Origin: Octopus sinensis
Lineage: Eukaryota
DNA: 64,000 bases
Direction: 5' to 3'
Assembly: GCF_006345805.1 (NCBI RefSeq)
Contig: NC_043004.1
Span: 52,142,001 to 52,206,000, forward strand
The translations under genes were made by a program, and so were the position numbers. Below, piece after piece: positions 1-14,421 of the stretch. How positions within the stretch are numbered: position 1 is the stretch's first letter; the number at the start of each line of letters is the position of its first letter. The notes below the pieces were generated by a model, which saw nothing but the letters and a program-made list of their open reading frames with translations, was not told where the DNA came from and did no database searches.

Positions 1-370
1 AACAATGTGACAGCATACAAGCAGAATTCAATTGTGCTGTTATTACATATTTTAATGCTTAAACACATTGCCAGCGTAGTGTAATTTGAAGAGAAGGATA
101 TCTTTTGCTAGTTTTGCTTTATAGAGCCAAATTGAGTAACAAACCATAGGTCAATCATTAGCACTTATAAATCGCAGCGCAAAATTACAAATGTGACCTA
201 CTGGTGAAAAAGAGCTCATGTACATTTAATAACCTGTAAAAAGATGTATGCCGTGTATAACATATCATGCGGTGAAAAGCGATAAAGAAATTATAACTGG
301 GATAAATGGGAGCGCATGCGGTTTCGATGTAGGTTGGTGACAATTCATAATTCAAGTTAACTACATTTAG

Positions 371-504
371 GAACAGTGGATATCGAAGCACATAAAGGTA
401 TAAATGAAACGATGGACATGTTGGAACAGAAAATACCGTTTCGATATGCTGGTCTATTAATTAAATCTAGTCCGTCGAAAAAACTTACGTATTATTTCTT
501 CCAA
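371..504 (+). CDS. Candidate isolated internal exon (TVDIEAHKGINETMDMLEQKIPFRYAGLLIKSSPSKKLTYYFFQ)
   Basis: TTTAG acceptor, open frame of non-repetitive composition, donor CAA|GTAAGG; no partner exon identified. Confidence 0.3.
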
Positions 505-717
505 GTAAGGGATGATATTATAATATTCTTTGTACATTGTCCGTTGTTACCATTCCATCGTCTATATTCCAAGATTTAATTAGAAAAGACTACTTAGTAT
601 TGGAGACGAATAGGACATTTTAAACATTCTCTGCATGAGTTATATCGGTATCTATTTCTGTCCCCTTCCTCCTTTCTCTCAATCTCTTTCTCTCTCTCTC
701 TCTTTCTATATATATAT

Positions 718-774
<57 letters not shown>

Positions 775-995
775 TCTTCTGGGTACTATATATATATATA
801 GCAATAATAAATCTCTGGGCGAGAGGCAACACGACATCCTGAAGTATATTTGCCACCTAAAAGTGGCTGAAACATATGGGACGATGCTATTGTAGTTTAT
901 AGCCCCAGGAAGACACCTCTCCAGCGAGTTAATGACACTGTCTGTGACCGATCAGTATTTGCGAAGAGAAATCATCGTACCCACTGTATGTGTTT

Positions 996-1050
<55 letters not shown>

Positions 1051-1051
1051 G

Positions 1052-1103
<52 letters not shown>

Positions 1104-1190
1104 ACATATCAGTTCACCTTCATTTCTCTTTACCTCGTCGACCTACTCCTCTCCCCACCTATCTCTAATCTCTCTCTCTCTCTCTCTGTA

Positions 1191-1221
<31 letters not shown>

Positions 1222-2865
1222 GCATAAGTATATGTGTGTGTCCAAGCGGCGTGTGTCCTTGTGCCTGTGTTCGTCCTCTACGGCCGCTTGACAACTGACG
1301 AATGGCTTTCGCACACATACACAAATATACACGCAACTAATAGTTGTCTGTGTGCTTTTGTGTGTGTCTGCGCCAATAGCCTTCGTATGTGTGCGGATGC
1401 GTGTGTATGTGTACGGGCTAGTAACTTACACTTATCTATCTGCGTCTGTCTCTCTGCTTGTCCCTGACGTGCAAACACTTTTATCATCCCGTTTCCAGAG
1501 AGTAATACGCTATTTACACCTCAGGAATTTCGCGTTAGCACTATAATACGATTGATAAAAAACATTATGTCATTGCATGGCACTTCAAAACATTAAGGGT
1601 TTGCACTGTTTATCCACACGAAATTTTATTATACGCCTATGGAAAATAAATGACAAAGTCAATTAATGTATGCATTATGGCAGAATCGGTAACACATCAG
1701 GTAACATGCTTTGACGTTATGAGTTCAAATTCCACCAAGGTCACCTTTGTATTTCCTCATTTAGGGGGGGGGGTAAAATAAGTACCTGTCGAGCACTGGA
1801 CTCAATGTAATCAATTCACGCCCTCACCCCGAAGTTGCTGGCCTTGTGTCAAATCTTGAAAGCAATATGTCATACCCCTTGAAGGCAGCAAGTTGGCTTT
1901 GCGTACATCTCCACTTTCTCAGTTGAAATTCAGCAGAGGTTGACTTTGCCATTCTTCCTTTCGAAGTCGTTAAAATACGCACCAGTTGATCCAATGCGTC
2001 GATGTAATCGACCTACCTGTCCCTCGAAATTGTTGAACTTCTGCTAAAATTTAAAAATAATTTGACATACTCCTTGAAAAAAACAAAGCAAATTCAAACC
2101 GAGGGCCGATATCTAAAAATTACGTATCACACACATACACACGCACACAAAATAAGTAAATAAAACAAAACAAAAAACAAAAACAAAAAGCCGACATAGC
2201 CATAGTCTCTAGACGGACATCTGCAGATATGAAAACCATATGGAAATCGAATTTCAAGAGCATATCTTCAAAACCTAGCGTGCCCAAAATTCTCGCTAGA
2301 ACATTCCCCCTGCGTTGTTATCTAAAATAATGCTTTACGCAGTTATTTAAACACACAGTATCGATTTATTTCGAGATCTTTTTTTTTTCTTTCCTTTTGC
2401 CATAAAGCATCATTTTGTTGGAAATTTTCGATCTGATGATAAAAGAAGGTTATTCTGTCTTGAAGAGTTGAATTTAGTGCTTCTTGCTAAAGTTGTGTTT
2501 TTCAGAAACTATTTCAGCGGCGATCACTTGACGAGTTGTTTCAAAGAATGTGTCATTTATTGATTATTTTTTTCCAACAAAAAGAAAGAAGGAAGGAACA
2601 AAAGAAAGGAAGAAAGAAGTGGATAGCGAGATATTGTGTGCAATGGTCTGACAATGTCTATTTCTTTGTGCGATTTAGATGTGGAGATAATGTACGATCT
2701 ACTATGGAACGAAGGGCGTTGTGGAGAGCGTGCATGCGCGCGCGTGTGAATTTGATTGTTTTTCTTCATTCTTTATTTTAAATCCATGGAAATATTATAG
2801 ATCTATGTATGTATGTGTATATATATATATGTGTATATATGTGTGTGTGTGTATATATACATACA

Positions 2866-2901
<36 letters not shown>

Positions 2902-2904
2902 TAT

Positions 2905-2937
<33 letters not shown>

Positions 2938-3135
2938 TAAACAAAAAGAAGAAAATGTATATGTATATATATATTTTACACATTTGTACATATACGTTTA
3001 CATGTGTGTGTGTGTGTGTGTGTGTATAAGTGTGTGTTTACATATGCACATATTCCATATATCCACTGAGGCTACTTAACCCATTTAGTTAGAGTTTACA
3101 TTCATACAAGCATTACATAAAGTATATATATATAT

Positions 3136-3261
<126 letters not shown>

Positions 3262-3285
3262 ATTAAGAAATGAGTTAAGCGAAGG

Positions 3286-3685
3286 TGTTATTGAAATCTT
3301 TATACTTGTTTCGAAGAAAGCATTGATATTATTTCTGAGAGAATAAAATGATGTAAAACAATGTAATCATCTTGTCAATGGCTTATTGATGTGTTTTGTT
3401 TCTCTCTTTTCCCTGACGAAATTATTACATTGTTTTACATCATTTTATTCCCGCGGGAATAATACCAATGTTATCTTCAAAACATATGTCGGAAGTATAA
3501 AGATTTGAATAACACTTGCGTTTAACTCCATTTCTTAATTTATCTATGTCATACAAAAACATTTCACTAAATCCTGAAACTTCTACCTTTATAAGTAGGC
3601 TGTAACATCCTTGGTACTTAGGTGAATTTTTGCTACCCTGGTAACTACTTATTTATTTTTTCCTTGTTATTTGTACACATAACGA
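3286..3685. mobile_element. Family H repeat, head-to-head pair (short minus arm 3286-3380, long plus arm 3390-3685)
   Basis: Homologous to 36110-36420. The hammerhead remnant at 3408-3495 has GAAA changed to AAAA but keeps ACATATGT-C. Confidence 0.7.
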
Positions 3686-3882
3686 AAGAAAATGGAGAGT
3701 AGGAAGTTAATAATTGTTTATTACATCATTAGATGTAAACTATATCCTTTATATATACCTATTGTGTTAAGGAAATTCATTCCCCAAAACGTCTAGGTAT
3801 TGAACCAGTATTTTCTTGGATGAAACCATCCCTTTATGAGGTTAACACATCTTCTAATTCAATTTTTATATATGCATACACA

Positions 3883-3949
<67 letters not shown>

Positions 3950-3978
3950 CACACACACAAACACATATATATTCATTT

Positions 3979-4155
3979 ACGAGAGGGTGCTGTAAAGTGC
4001 CTAGAGTTTGGATATTGCAAATGGCCTGTTTCGAGGCCGAACCTTTTGAGTTCTTTTACGAGGCTTCGGGAAAACTAAAGCACCGCTACAATAACTGTTT
4101 GAATCCAAGAGAGGAATATATTGAATAAAATAATAATTAACTGAACATCCTGTAC
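3979..4155 (+). mobile_element. Mariner 3' end fragment
   Basis: FFYEASGKLKHRYNNCLNPREEYIE* followed by a TIR-like CATCCTGTA. Confidence 0.5.
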
Positions 4156-5209
4156 TTTTTCCCTCAAAGCCATGAACATTCCAAAACGTCCTCGTATATT
4201 TTTGTTCATTTCCAGAATATGGTTTTCTTGATCGTGGGCATATTTGTGAGTTTTAATAGTTTGCTTTACAACCACATAATTCGAAGTTTCAACACTTTCC
4301 ATTTCTTTGAATGTCATATCCACACAAACATCGAAAGGGAAACTAAGAGTGCCAAAAATTGTACAGAGGTCCGATGGATGAATTTGACCTGTTCTTCAGT
4401 AAGTAACTCTAACATTCAGTTTTGTAGCCTGCATTTGATCCTTGGGTGACTTTAGTAGTGTATTAATTCTTTACACCGAGTGTCTTATTTGAGGGTAGCT
4501 GGATAACTAAATGTGGTGTTTCATATTGTTGTAACCCATGGATCGTGGTTTCTTTCTACGTGAGGACAGTAAGTTCCAATCTTCTTTAACTTTTCGTCAC
4601 CAGTAACCGAAAATCGCTACAAAGTACCAGTCTTACAGCAACTAACATTTTAAGTATTTTCTACCATCTTCCCCAATATTCTTCCATCATGCATTTACTT
4701 GTGTGTGTCATTGCTTATGCTTAATTGTTTCGTCTCTTTGTATTATCCTCCACTGCGTTGCTGTTGATGTAAAGGAGATTTGGCTGCACTTCCAAACAGA
4801 ACATGCAATTATTTACTGGCTCCCTCATGAGCCAGTCCTCTGTTATGTCAGAATTGGAGATGATTGGATGAATGGTTGAATGCTTGAGAGATGTAGGCTT
4901 TTTTCAGATAGAACTACTTCGTAGTCTGATATGAATAAGTAATTATAAAAGAGAGAAAAATTGCTGTATTTGGTGAGAATAGGATCGGTTGCGGAGTGTT
5001 CAGTATATGGACATTGGCTGTGTTGCTTTGTTGTAGCAAACAGCTTTTCTTTTTATTTCGAGTTAATAAATGTGAAAATGTACAGAGGAATGCGGTACAG
5101 TTGCGATGAATGATAAGATTACATTTATTGAGTGCATGTAGCCTAAAGCTGTATGCAAACCAACAAGCAAATTTGGAAGATAGTTTCTTTTATCTGAGAG
5201 CTACTTTTA

Positions 5210-5448
5210 ATACCTATTTCTTTACTACCCACAAGGAGCTAAACACAGAGAGGACAAACAAGGACAGACACACGGATTAAGTCGATTACATCGACCCCAG
5301 TGCGTAACTGGTACTTATTTAATCGACCCCGAAAGGATGAAAGGCAAAGTCGATCTCGGCGGAATTTGAACTCAGAACGTAGCGGTAGACGAAATACCGC
5401 TAAGCATTTCGCCCGGCGCGCTAACGTTTCTGCCAGCTCGCCGCCTTT
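5210..5448 (-). mobile_element. tRNA-derived SINE, family A (GGCGGCGAGCTGGCAG head), full length
   Basis: B-box-like GAGTTCAAATTCC; 16-bp TSD GCTACTTTTAATACCT (5200-5215 and 5456-5471). More diverged copies lie near 1676, 1881, 10005, 12205, 12745, 22330, 40480 and 42805. Confidence 0.85.
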
Positions 5449-6651
5449 AATACTCGCTACTTTTAATACCTGTCATGGTTAAGGAACTGTGCATGATAGC
5501 ACTATATGCATTTACTAGATACTATTTCCGTGGTAGACGCTCTTTTGGTAATAGGTAGGCGGTCTTTACGAGATCAGAGAAATTGCATTTATACATATAT
5601 GTTGCACACATACATATAAGTTCCAGTGACAAACATTGTGACTGGTATTATTTCGACTGCAAGTGTTATGTGAGAGGTATCTCTCTCCTGGATGAACTGC
5701 CTTCTGCACGGGTTTGTAAAAATAGAGTCCTCTATGCCTGGGAACTCTTCACCAATAGTTGAGACCCTAGAAAGACCTACCGTTCGGGGTCAGAATGAAC
5801 CTAGGAGTAATGTTAATTAAGGAGTGACTCCAAGCTTCCCACTACTGCAGAACTCCCAAACTGGAGCCTGACAACCGGATAGAGTACATACATTTACATA
5901 TATAAATGCAAGCGTACATACATCAATACATAAAAATCACAACATAGCATAACAGTTGGTTGGAACAAAGAATACCTGTGTAATATTATGAAATTCAGTT
6001 GCCCTGCTGATTTAATAGCTCTTGGAAAATGAAAGAGAAAAGTGATAACGGTGGGCAATCGCTTTGAAAGCTCCAGCTTCTAAATCCAGATCATAAATTC
6101 ACAGGTTTACCAATAATAATTTGCGCACTTGGTATTGTTAATATAGTCAACAGATGAGATCCAGAGATTCTCAATATAGCAGACACTTAATATCCCTCAT
6201 ATTATTCACGCTTAGACTTTGATGTCCTTACAGTGGATCAATTCCGCACTCCACAGAATTGATCACTTGTAAAGTTATCGGAATCTAAGTTTGAAATCAT
6301 GAGGGATTGTTAATAAATACTGATTTGGCAATCAGACATGTTAGGTTTTTCAGGAAAAGAAATCAGAAGATAGTATCTACATAACCAGTACAATCCGAAA
6401 TTGTGACAGTAATAATCATAGAAAAGTTTTCTCAAGTTCAGAATGTGCACAAATGGGGGTATAGGATAGTTTCTCCGTTGCACATATAGACGTTTAGAGC
6501 ATATTCATATATACAGATGTTAAGAGCATATATGCGTATCTACATGTTAAGGGCATATATATACTTATATTTTATTTAATTTATTTATTTTATGTAGTTT
6601 CAGCCCATGAGCTGTGCCCATGCTGGGACACTGCCATTTATATATATATAT

Positions 6652-6691
<40 letters not shown>

Positions 6692-6712
6692 ATTTATATA
6701 TATATATGCATA

Positions 6713-6744
<32 letters not shown>

Positions 6745-6777
6745 GCCATTTATATATATATATGCATATATATATAT

Positions 6778-6810
<33 letters not shown>

Positions 6811-6854
6811 GCCTTTTACCTCTATTTATACATATATTGTCTTAACATCTATAT

Positions 6855-7001
6855 ATATTCTGTAAATAATAATATTTTATAATCTTAAAGTTTATAAGCG
6901 ATTACGGTGTATTGACTAAAGAAAATAATCTAATACTGGGGTACATAAACCCTGGAAAGGGTTTTTATATATATGTATGTGCGTGTGTGTGTGTAAAAGG
7001 C

Positions 7002-7036
<35 letters not shown>

Positions 7037-7421
7037 ATATATATCAGAATTAGAGAGATACATAGACAGACAGACAGATGAATAGATAGATAGATAGATA
7101 GATTTTTTCGCGATGATTTGAGAAGCGGTAACGGTTGACATTTCTGTAAATATTTTATAAGCTTAAAGCTTATAACCGATCACAGCGTACTGAGAACAGA
7201 AAATAGTCTAATAAGCCCCCGATGGCAAAAAGAGGGTTTTCCGCATGCATGCGATTCGAACCCACAGCCACATATATACACGATAAGCGTACGGTAAACC
7301 AACATGTTTTTTTCCTTCGAGAGTTTTTATGCCCCAGTATTAGATTATTTTCTTTAGTCAATACATCGTAATCGCTTATAAACTTTAAGATTATAAAATA
7401 TGATTATTATTTACAGAATAT
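6855..7421. mobile_element. Foldback/MITE-like element with ~105-bp terminal inverted repeats
   Basis: 6855-6960 is the near reverse complement of 7314-7421; a diverged third partial copy starts near 7141. Confidence 0.65.
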
Positions 7422-7442
7422 CACAGATTATTATTTCCAGAA

Positions 7443-7601
7443 CAGTGGGACTGAACCCGGAACCAATCACATGGTTCCGGGTTCAGTCCCACTGCGTGGC
7501 ATCTTGGGCAAGTTTCTTCTGCTATAGCCTCGGGCGGACCAAAGCCTTGTGAGTGGATTTGGAAGACGGAAACTGAAAGAAGCCTGTCGTATATATATAT
7601 A

Positions 7602-7651
<50 letters not shown>

Positions 7652-7869
7652 GTGTGTGTATATGTTTGTGTGTCTGTGTTTGTCCCTCTAGCTTGACAAC
7701 CGATGCTGGTGTGTTTATGTCCCCGTCACTTAGCGGTTCGGCAAAAGAGACGGATAGAATAAGTACTGGGCTTACAAAGAATAAGTCCTGCGGTCGATTT
7801 GCTCGACTAAAGGCGGTGCTCCAGCATGGCCGCAGTCAAATGACTGAAACAAGTAAAAGAGTAAAGAGT
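7443..7869 (+). mobile_element. tRNA-derived SINE, family B, with 5' inversion
   Basis: Body GGTTCCGGGTTCAGTCCCACTGCGTGGC...CTTGGGCAAG..., an internal (TA)n(TG)n tract and an (AAAGAGT)n tail. Confidence 0.85.
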
Positions 7870-8549
7870 ATAGATGTTAAGACCATATATGTATAAATAG
7901 AAGTAAAAAACATTCGATTTATCAACTCTCCTTAAATCATGGATATATTGAATGTGAAATTCACGGATACGTTGGAACGTAATTTACTGTGCATGCAGGG
8001 AGGAAAAGGAAAAAAAAGTCTTCCATTACGGCTTGTGTAGGTGGAGGACTTTGAAGACAAAAACTATTCGTATAAATGATAAAATGCATACGTTCATGCC
8101 AACCAGACAAAATCTCTGACTGATGCCTTTAGCCAATCTACTCGAAATACACGATGATGTGCTCCCTAGAAAAAACAAATTTGTTAGAATGGCAAGATTT
8201 AATGATGCACAGAAAAATGAAAGGCCGATATCAAGTAAAAGAGGAATTAAACTCTAGGGTATTTATAAGTTTCTACGTAAATGGAATAAAGATAAAGAAG
8301 AGAAGATGTTGAGTGAGAGAGATAAACAGACAAACTACACAGTTAGGAAATTGATTGCATTTTCAGAAAGCAGTTCTGAAGAGTATAAAGAAGGCTGTTT
8401 CTTGAAGTTAATACAAATAACAGTATTAAAACTGTCGATGGGAACTGTCTTACTGGACATCGAAATCTATATAGCTTTTTCTGTATAATCGACATTATCA
8501 GTGTAAGTAACATTATTAACAATTTTGAGATTTCAATAGAAACTACATC

Positions 8550-8905
<356 letters not shown>

Positions 8906-11486
8906 ATCGATCGATCAGTATATCTACGTAGCTGTGTGGTTAAGAAATTTGCTTCCCAGCCACATGGTTTCAGGTTCTGTTCTACGGTGTAGCATCGTGG
9001 CCAAGTGACTTCTACCATAGCTTGCAGGCCCACCAAAGCTTTCTGAGTAGAGGAAAACTGGAGATGCTCGCCAATTAGTTTAACGCTCGGGAAGTGAAAA
9101 AGTCTTTAACGTTTCGAGCCTATGCTGTTCCACAGAAAGAAACAAGGAGAGAAAATAAAGAATATGTAGTGGCTACCGATCATATATTTACGCATGTGTG
9201 TGTACGTGTGCGTATGTGTGTATGCATTTCTTCGTTGGTTTGTGTGTACTCTTATCTTGACAGTATATGATGGCTGTAAATGAGTATCACCGTCATACTA
9301 GTGGTGTCGTTCGTTTTCAGATGTCCATGAAAAACATACCTAGTCATGAGGAACTATTACCTCGCTTCGAAACAGGTGAGGATTGTTGAAAATGAAAATG
9401 TAAATATTTAACTTCTTATTTTATGCACAGGGCGAGCAGGAGGAAGAGTAATTTTTTGGTCTTTTATTTTATCGACCCGGAAAGTATGAAATGCAAAGCT
9501 GAACTCGATAGGAAGATAAAAACGCGAAACAAAGAACGCTATACCCGTTCTGTCAATCAACTGCCCGTTAGTAGCAATAGGGATACTTTTTTTTTAAGTT
9601 GCGTTCTTCAGAATCAATACTGCCCACTCCATTATGTTCTAGTATATTATTTTATCGACCCTAGAGGGGTGAAAATCAAAACTTAATCGCGTCTGAATCG
9701 TGGCTGAACACAGAACATAAAGTACCAAAAGAAATAATTAAGACATTTTATTAGGTTCCCTGGATGGTTCCGTCAATCCACGACCCTTAATGATAATACT
9801 ACAAATAACAAATATATTAAATTACCGAAATTTTACAATCTTATTAATATAAATTTAAAGAGGTTATCAGCACGTTTGAAACACTCGCCTGAATGTGACT
9901 TTGATGACGGTTATGAATGCATAGTTCTATGTATGTGTTTGAGTGTATATCACATAAATACAACACATATACATATGCATACTATCTGTTTAAGTAGGAA
10001 ACCAGAGTGGGGGGTGTTTCAGCGTAATGTTTGTAAACGTAGTACGCTGAGCAAGCCCCTTAGCAGCATTTCGTCCTGCTCTACGTTCTGAGTTTAAATT
10101 TCGCTGAGGTTGACTTTGCCTTTCATCCTTTTGGGATCGATAAATGATGTACTAGTAGAACTATGGAGTTGATGTAACTGACTTACTCTCTCCCTGAAAT
10201 TGCTGGCCTTGTGTCAAATTTGAAACCAATATTTTCGAATGTACGCTCACAATTTAGTGCCAAGAATCTTAAGAACAAAATTCCAAATAAGATCCTCAAG
10301 GATTGCAGCATTTGAAATGTTAAAGGAATATAAATAATTTAATCGACTACAAGACTTCTAGCATCAATAGCACTCAACTATCAACACCAATAACTCATAA
10401 CTTATATCCATAAAGCAAAACACATGCACGCACATGCAGGCACCCCACCCACACACACAGAGGTATTTTTTTCCGTAACGCTTGGAGACTCATAAAAATG
10501 AAAGGGTTACTGAAGAAAATTAGGCCTTTGAGAAAATGAAAACCAAAATGCTCTTATTTGACTCAAAACCAATGATATTGTTAGTGGTTATTTTATCAGT
10601 CTATTGTTTGATGAAAAGAATTTCTTCCAAAGTGGCCTCCATTAAAGTTGATCGCGATATTATCAATGAAGACAATCATAGAGTTATCATCTTTTACTGT
10701 AAATTGTTGGCACAACAATAGTACACCATATATAAAATGAAACATTACCTAGTTAGCATCTTATCTCGATAAATACCTGAATAATGAGGAAAAGGTGTGG
10801 TGACAACGATCTTCTGCGTTTCCAGTTGATCGGTAAAGAAATTCAGTACAGTCCCAATTTTCAAAAAGAGAAATATGTTATCAGGAGTAAATTTCACATA
10901 TTTCACATAGCCTGAATATATTGGAGAGACTTTGGAGAACTAGAGTAACTGAACACACTAATTTCCTAAACTCCACACAGCATAGGACAACAGAAGTTAT
11001 TTTAAAATTTATACCAATTAAAACATCTTATTTTGGGATGCGATTCAAACATAGATGTCATTACCCTTGCATTCTCTTAGAATACTTCATCTACTTGATA
11101 GAATCGAAGGAGAACCGTCACGAAATAAGTTGTGTCTTGCACGATCTTTAGACATGGTGGCTCCTTTGCCACTCCGTGTCGAATTACAAGCAATATCTTC
11201 CAGGAGAGAGAAAAACAAACGGATAAGAATGAGTGTAAGAGTGAAAAGGCTAAGTACCAGTAACTGGTAATTTCTTAATTTCTGAAAAGTGTAGAGGAAA
11301 GAGATACACTACTTGCTATGGTACACCTGGTGAGCAGTGAGAATAGGGTCCGTAGGGTTTCTTCCTTTCCCCTTTGCCGGTGTTTTTCTCTCTTGGGGGA
11401 ACTTACTTATTATTCTCTTCTTAATTGTCTTTGTGTTTCGATAATTTTACGTGTTTATGTAAATCCTCACATTCTTTATCTTTCTA

Positions 11487-12203
11487 ATTTCTTTACTATC
11501 CACAAGGGGCTACAGACAGAGGGGACAAAAAGGGACAGACCAAAGGATTAAGTCGATTATATCGACTCCAGTGCGTAACTGGTACTTATTTAATCGGACC
11601 CGAAAAGATGAAAGATAAAGTAGACCTCGGTGGAATTTGAACTCAGAACGTAACGGCAGACGAAATACCCATTTCTTTACTACCCACAAGGGGTAAAGCA
11701 CAGAAAGGACAAACAAGGTCAGACAAACGGATTAAGTCGATTACACCGACCCCAGTGCGTAAATGGTAGTTATTTAATCGACCCCGAAAGGATGAAAGAT
11801 AAAGTAGACCTCGGTGGAATTTGAACTCAGAACGTAACGGCAGACGAAATACCCATTTCTTAACTACCCACAAGGGGTAAAGCACAGAAAGGACAAACAA
11901 GGTCAGACAAACGGATTAAGTCGATTACACCGACCCCAGTGCGTAAATGGTAGTTATTTAATCGACCCCGAAAGGATGAAAGGCAAAGTTGCCCTCGGCG
12001 GAATTTGAACTCAGAACGTAGCGGCAGACGAAATACCTATTTCTTTACTACCCACAAGGGGTAAAGCACACAGAGGACAAACGGATTAAGTCGGTTACAT
12101 CGACCCCAGGCGTAACTGGTACTTAATTTATCGACCCCGAAAGGATGAAAGGCAAAGTCAACCACGGCGGAATTTGAACTCAGAACGTAACAACAGACGA
12201 AAT
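11487..12203 (-). repeat. Head-to-tail array of a 184-bp SINE-A segment (about 4 units)
   Basis: Units start at 11487, 11671, 11855 and 12039. Confidence 0.9.
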
Positions 12204-13738
12204 TGAATTGCGGTCCACGTGGCAGAATCGTTAGAGCGTCGGGCGAAATGCATAGAGGCAATTCTGTCGCCTTGACGTTCTGAGTTCAAATTCTGCCGTG
12301 GTAGACTTTACCGTTCATTCTTTCGGAGTCAATAAAGTAAGTGCCAGTGAAACACAGGGGTCGATGTAATCGACTAGTTCCTCCCCATTGAAATTCCAGG
12401 CCTTCTATCTCTAAAAAGACAGGCGGCCTGTCCGAGGTATTCGCAAAATCACGAAACCGTTCTGCATACACTCGTGCAGTGGAATTATGACCCTATCAAG
12501 ACCTATCGTTGAAGGTGACTCGTTGAATTATGACGAATAGCTGTTATCATGTGTGGGATGGATCCGATTATCGGCTAAATCCATTGTTAGATTTGCCCCT
12601 CTTTTAACAAGGCAGGGCAGGTGATGTTCCTGAGTCTGGTGGCTATTGCCAAAGTGGTTCTGTGGCAGACGTAAATGAAAGGGTTGAAGACAGACATTTT
12701 CCATTTCAGTTAAACTCTCATCGACTTCTTTAAGTTGGAAAGGGAAGGCGCTGAGCTGGCAGAATCGTTAGCAGGCCAGGCAAAATGCCTGTCGGTATTT
12801 CGTCCATCTCTACGCTCTGGCTCCAAATGCAGTCGGGGTTGACTTTGCTTTTCATCCTTTCAGGTGTTAATAAAATTAGTATCAGTTCAATATTGGAGTT
12901 GATGAAATCATCTAATCCCCTTCCATGAAATAGCTGGCCTTATGCCAACATTTTAAACCATTATTATTTAACTAATTAATTATTTAATTTGAGAATATTT
13001 TCTCTGAATGAAACATTCCCGGAAAGCGTAGCTATAATTCTGAAGAGAGCTGAATTTATACATCCTGTCGTGGCACAAAGGGCAAGTAGACCAAAGATAC
13101 CAGCTTCGCTGCCATTCATATTCAGGTCAACTTCTATATTAAAACTACACCTATCTTGTTGGTATAAGGACTTCGTACAGCTAAAAAGCTTACAATGAGT
13201 ATACATGTATTCAGGTATCAAGATGTTCATATTACTCTTCAAATCTCCCTCGAAAATAATAACAAAATAAATATATAATTAAAATAACCCCAAGACGTCT
13301 CAACCATATAAGTGAACCTTCAAGTTATTTAAAGTTTATTTTAAGTGCTAGAAACAGGAGCCAAGTCAATCTCAAATCACAGTCTTCCTCTTTAAAAGAG
13401 ATGCAATCTTGATGCAATATGCTTGAAAAAAAAATGTCCTAAATCAGGGTGAAATAAAAGGAGTTGGTTAGGTAAGACGAAGAGGAAGAGAAGGAGAAGA
13501 GGTAAAACAGAAAACAAAAAGGATGGAATTGAAACGTTGAAATATTTGAAATCATAACGTGAGCCTGTTTAATAAGATTATGACGTCATAATAGTAACTC
13601 TAAACAACGAGAAAATATTTTTTCCAATATTCACTTGCGAAACATTGTATTGTTTGGACGTTAACTTGTAGGTTACACTTGCAATAAATTCATTTGTTTT
13701 AATAAATTTACTAATAATCTTTATTTTATCTATTGAAA

Positions 13739-13949
13739 ATGTCAGCTAATGTACAACCAGTTCGTTTCCTCGCACGTCTGCGTGCAGGAGCCAAGCGAAT
13801 ACTTGAAGCAATCATTCCCTGTATCAAGAAGACAGGAGATCCAGGAGACGAGGTCGTAGATTTTACTCCATCGCTATCAGAAGGTTCCTTGATGACAACA
13901 ACAACCGAAGAACCCCTGACAAATCGGAATGAATCTGCTGCCAATTATA
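13739..13949 (+). CDS. Orphan acidic protein, coding exon 1 (MSANVQPVRFLARLRAGAKRILEAIIPCIKK...ESAANY)
   Basis: Open frame ending at a strong donor TATA|GTAAGT (intron starts 13950). The 5' end is either ATG 13739 (A at -3) or acceptor TCAG|13746, which follows a TACTAAT branch-like motif; both are in the same frame. Confidence 0.65.
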
Positions 13950-14045
13950 GTAAGTTTGAATGAATGTATTTTAAAATTTTACGTGACGTACAAACTACTT
14001 TGAGAGTCATATTTTCTGTGTTCATCAATCAATCTATCTATCTGA

Positions 14046-14107
<62 letters not shown>

Positions 14108-14238
14108 CAGTTTTTTTCTCCATCTCTTTCTCAGTTTTGTCTCTTAACTGTTAACGCACATACACAGAGGCATATACTATATATATGTATGTATGTATTC
14201 ATACATATATACATGCATATCACTCTTTCTCATTTCAG

Positions 14239-14301
14239 ATGCTTATACACTGCCAGGGTCTGTCCGGAGCCCTGACTTGTTTGACCCGACTTATTTTGCA
14301 G
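14239..14301 (+). CDS. Orphan acidic protein, exon 2 (NAYTLPGSVRSPDLFDPTYFA)
   Basis: Acceptor CTCTTTCTCATTTCAG, donor GCAG|GTAAGA; 63 nt, phase 1-1, in frame with exon 1. Confidence 0.7.
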
Positions 14302-14421
14302 GTAAGATATAAATACCATTTATGTTTGTTAATTAAAAGACAAAAAAACTTTCCTACTAATGGCAGTTATCTCTTTAAACACAAACCGATATATAAATAC
14401 ATATATATGCAATATATAAAT

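Noticed and set aside
800-990. Possible exon ending at CACT|GTATGT
   Set aside because: In-frame stops, and the segment is homologous to the repeat at 54770-54913.
12976-13242. ORFs on both strands upstream of the orphan gene
   Set aside because: No convincing splice-site pair or recognisable domain on either strand.
13581-13588. TGACGTCA (CRE consensus) 150 bp upstream of ATG 13739
   Set aside because: A single 8-mer, the transcription start is unknown, and it may be intronic.
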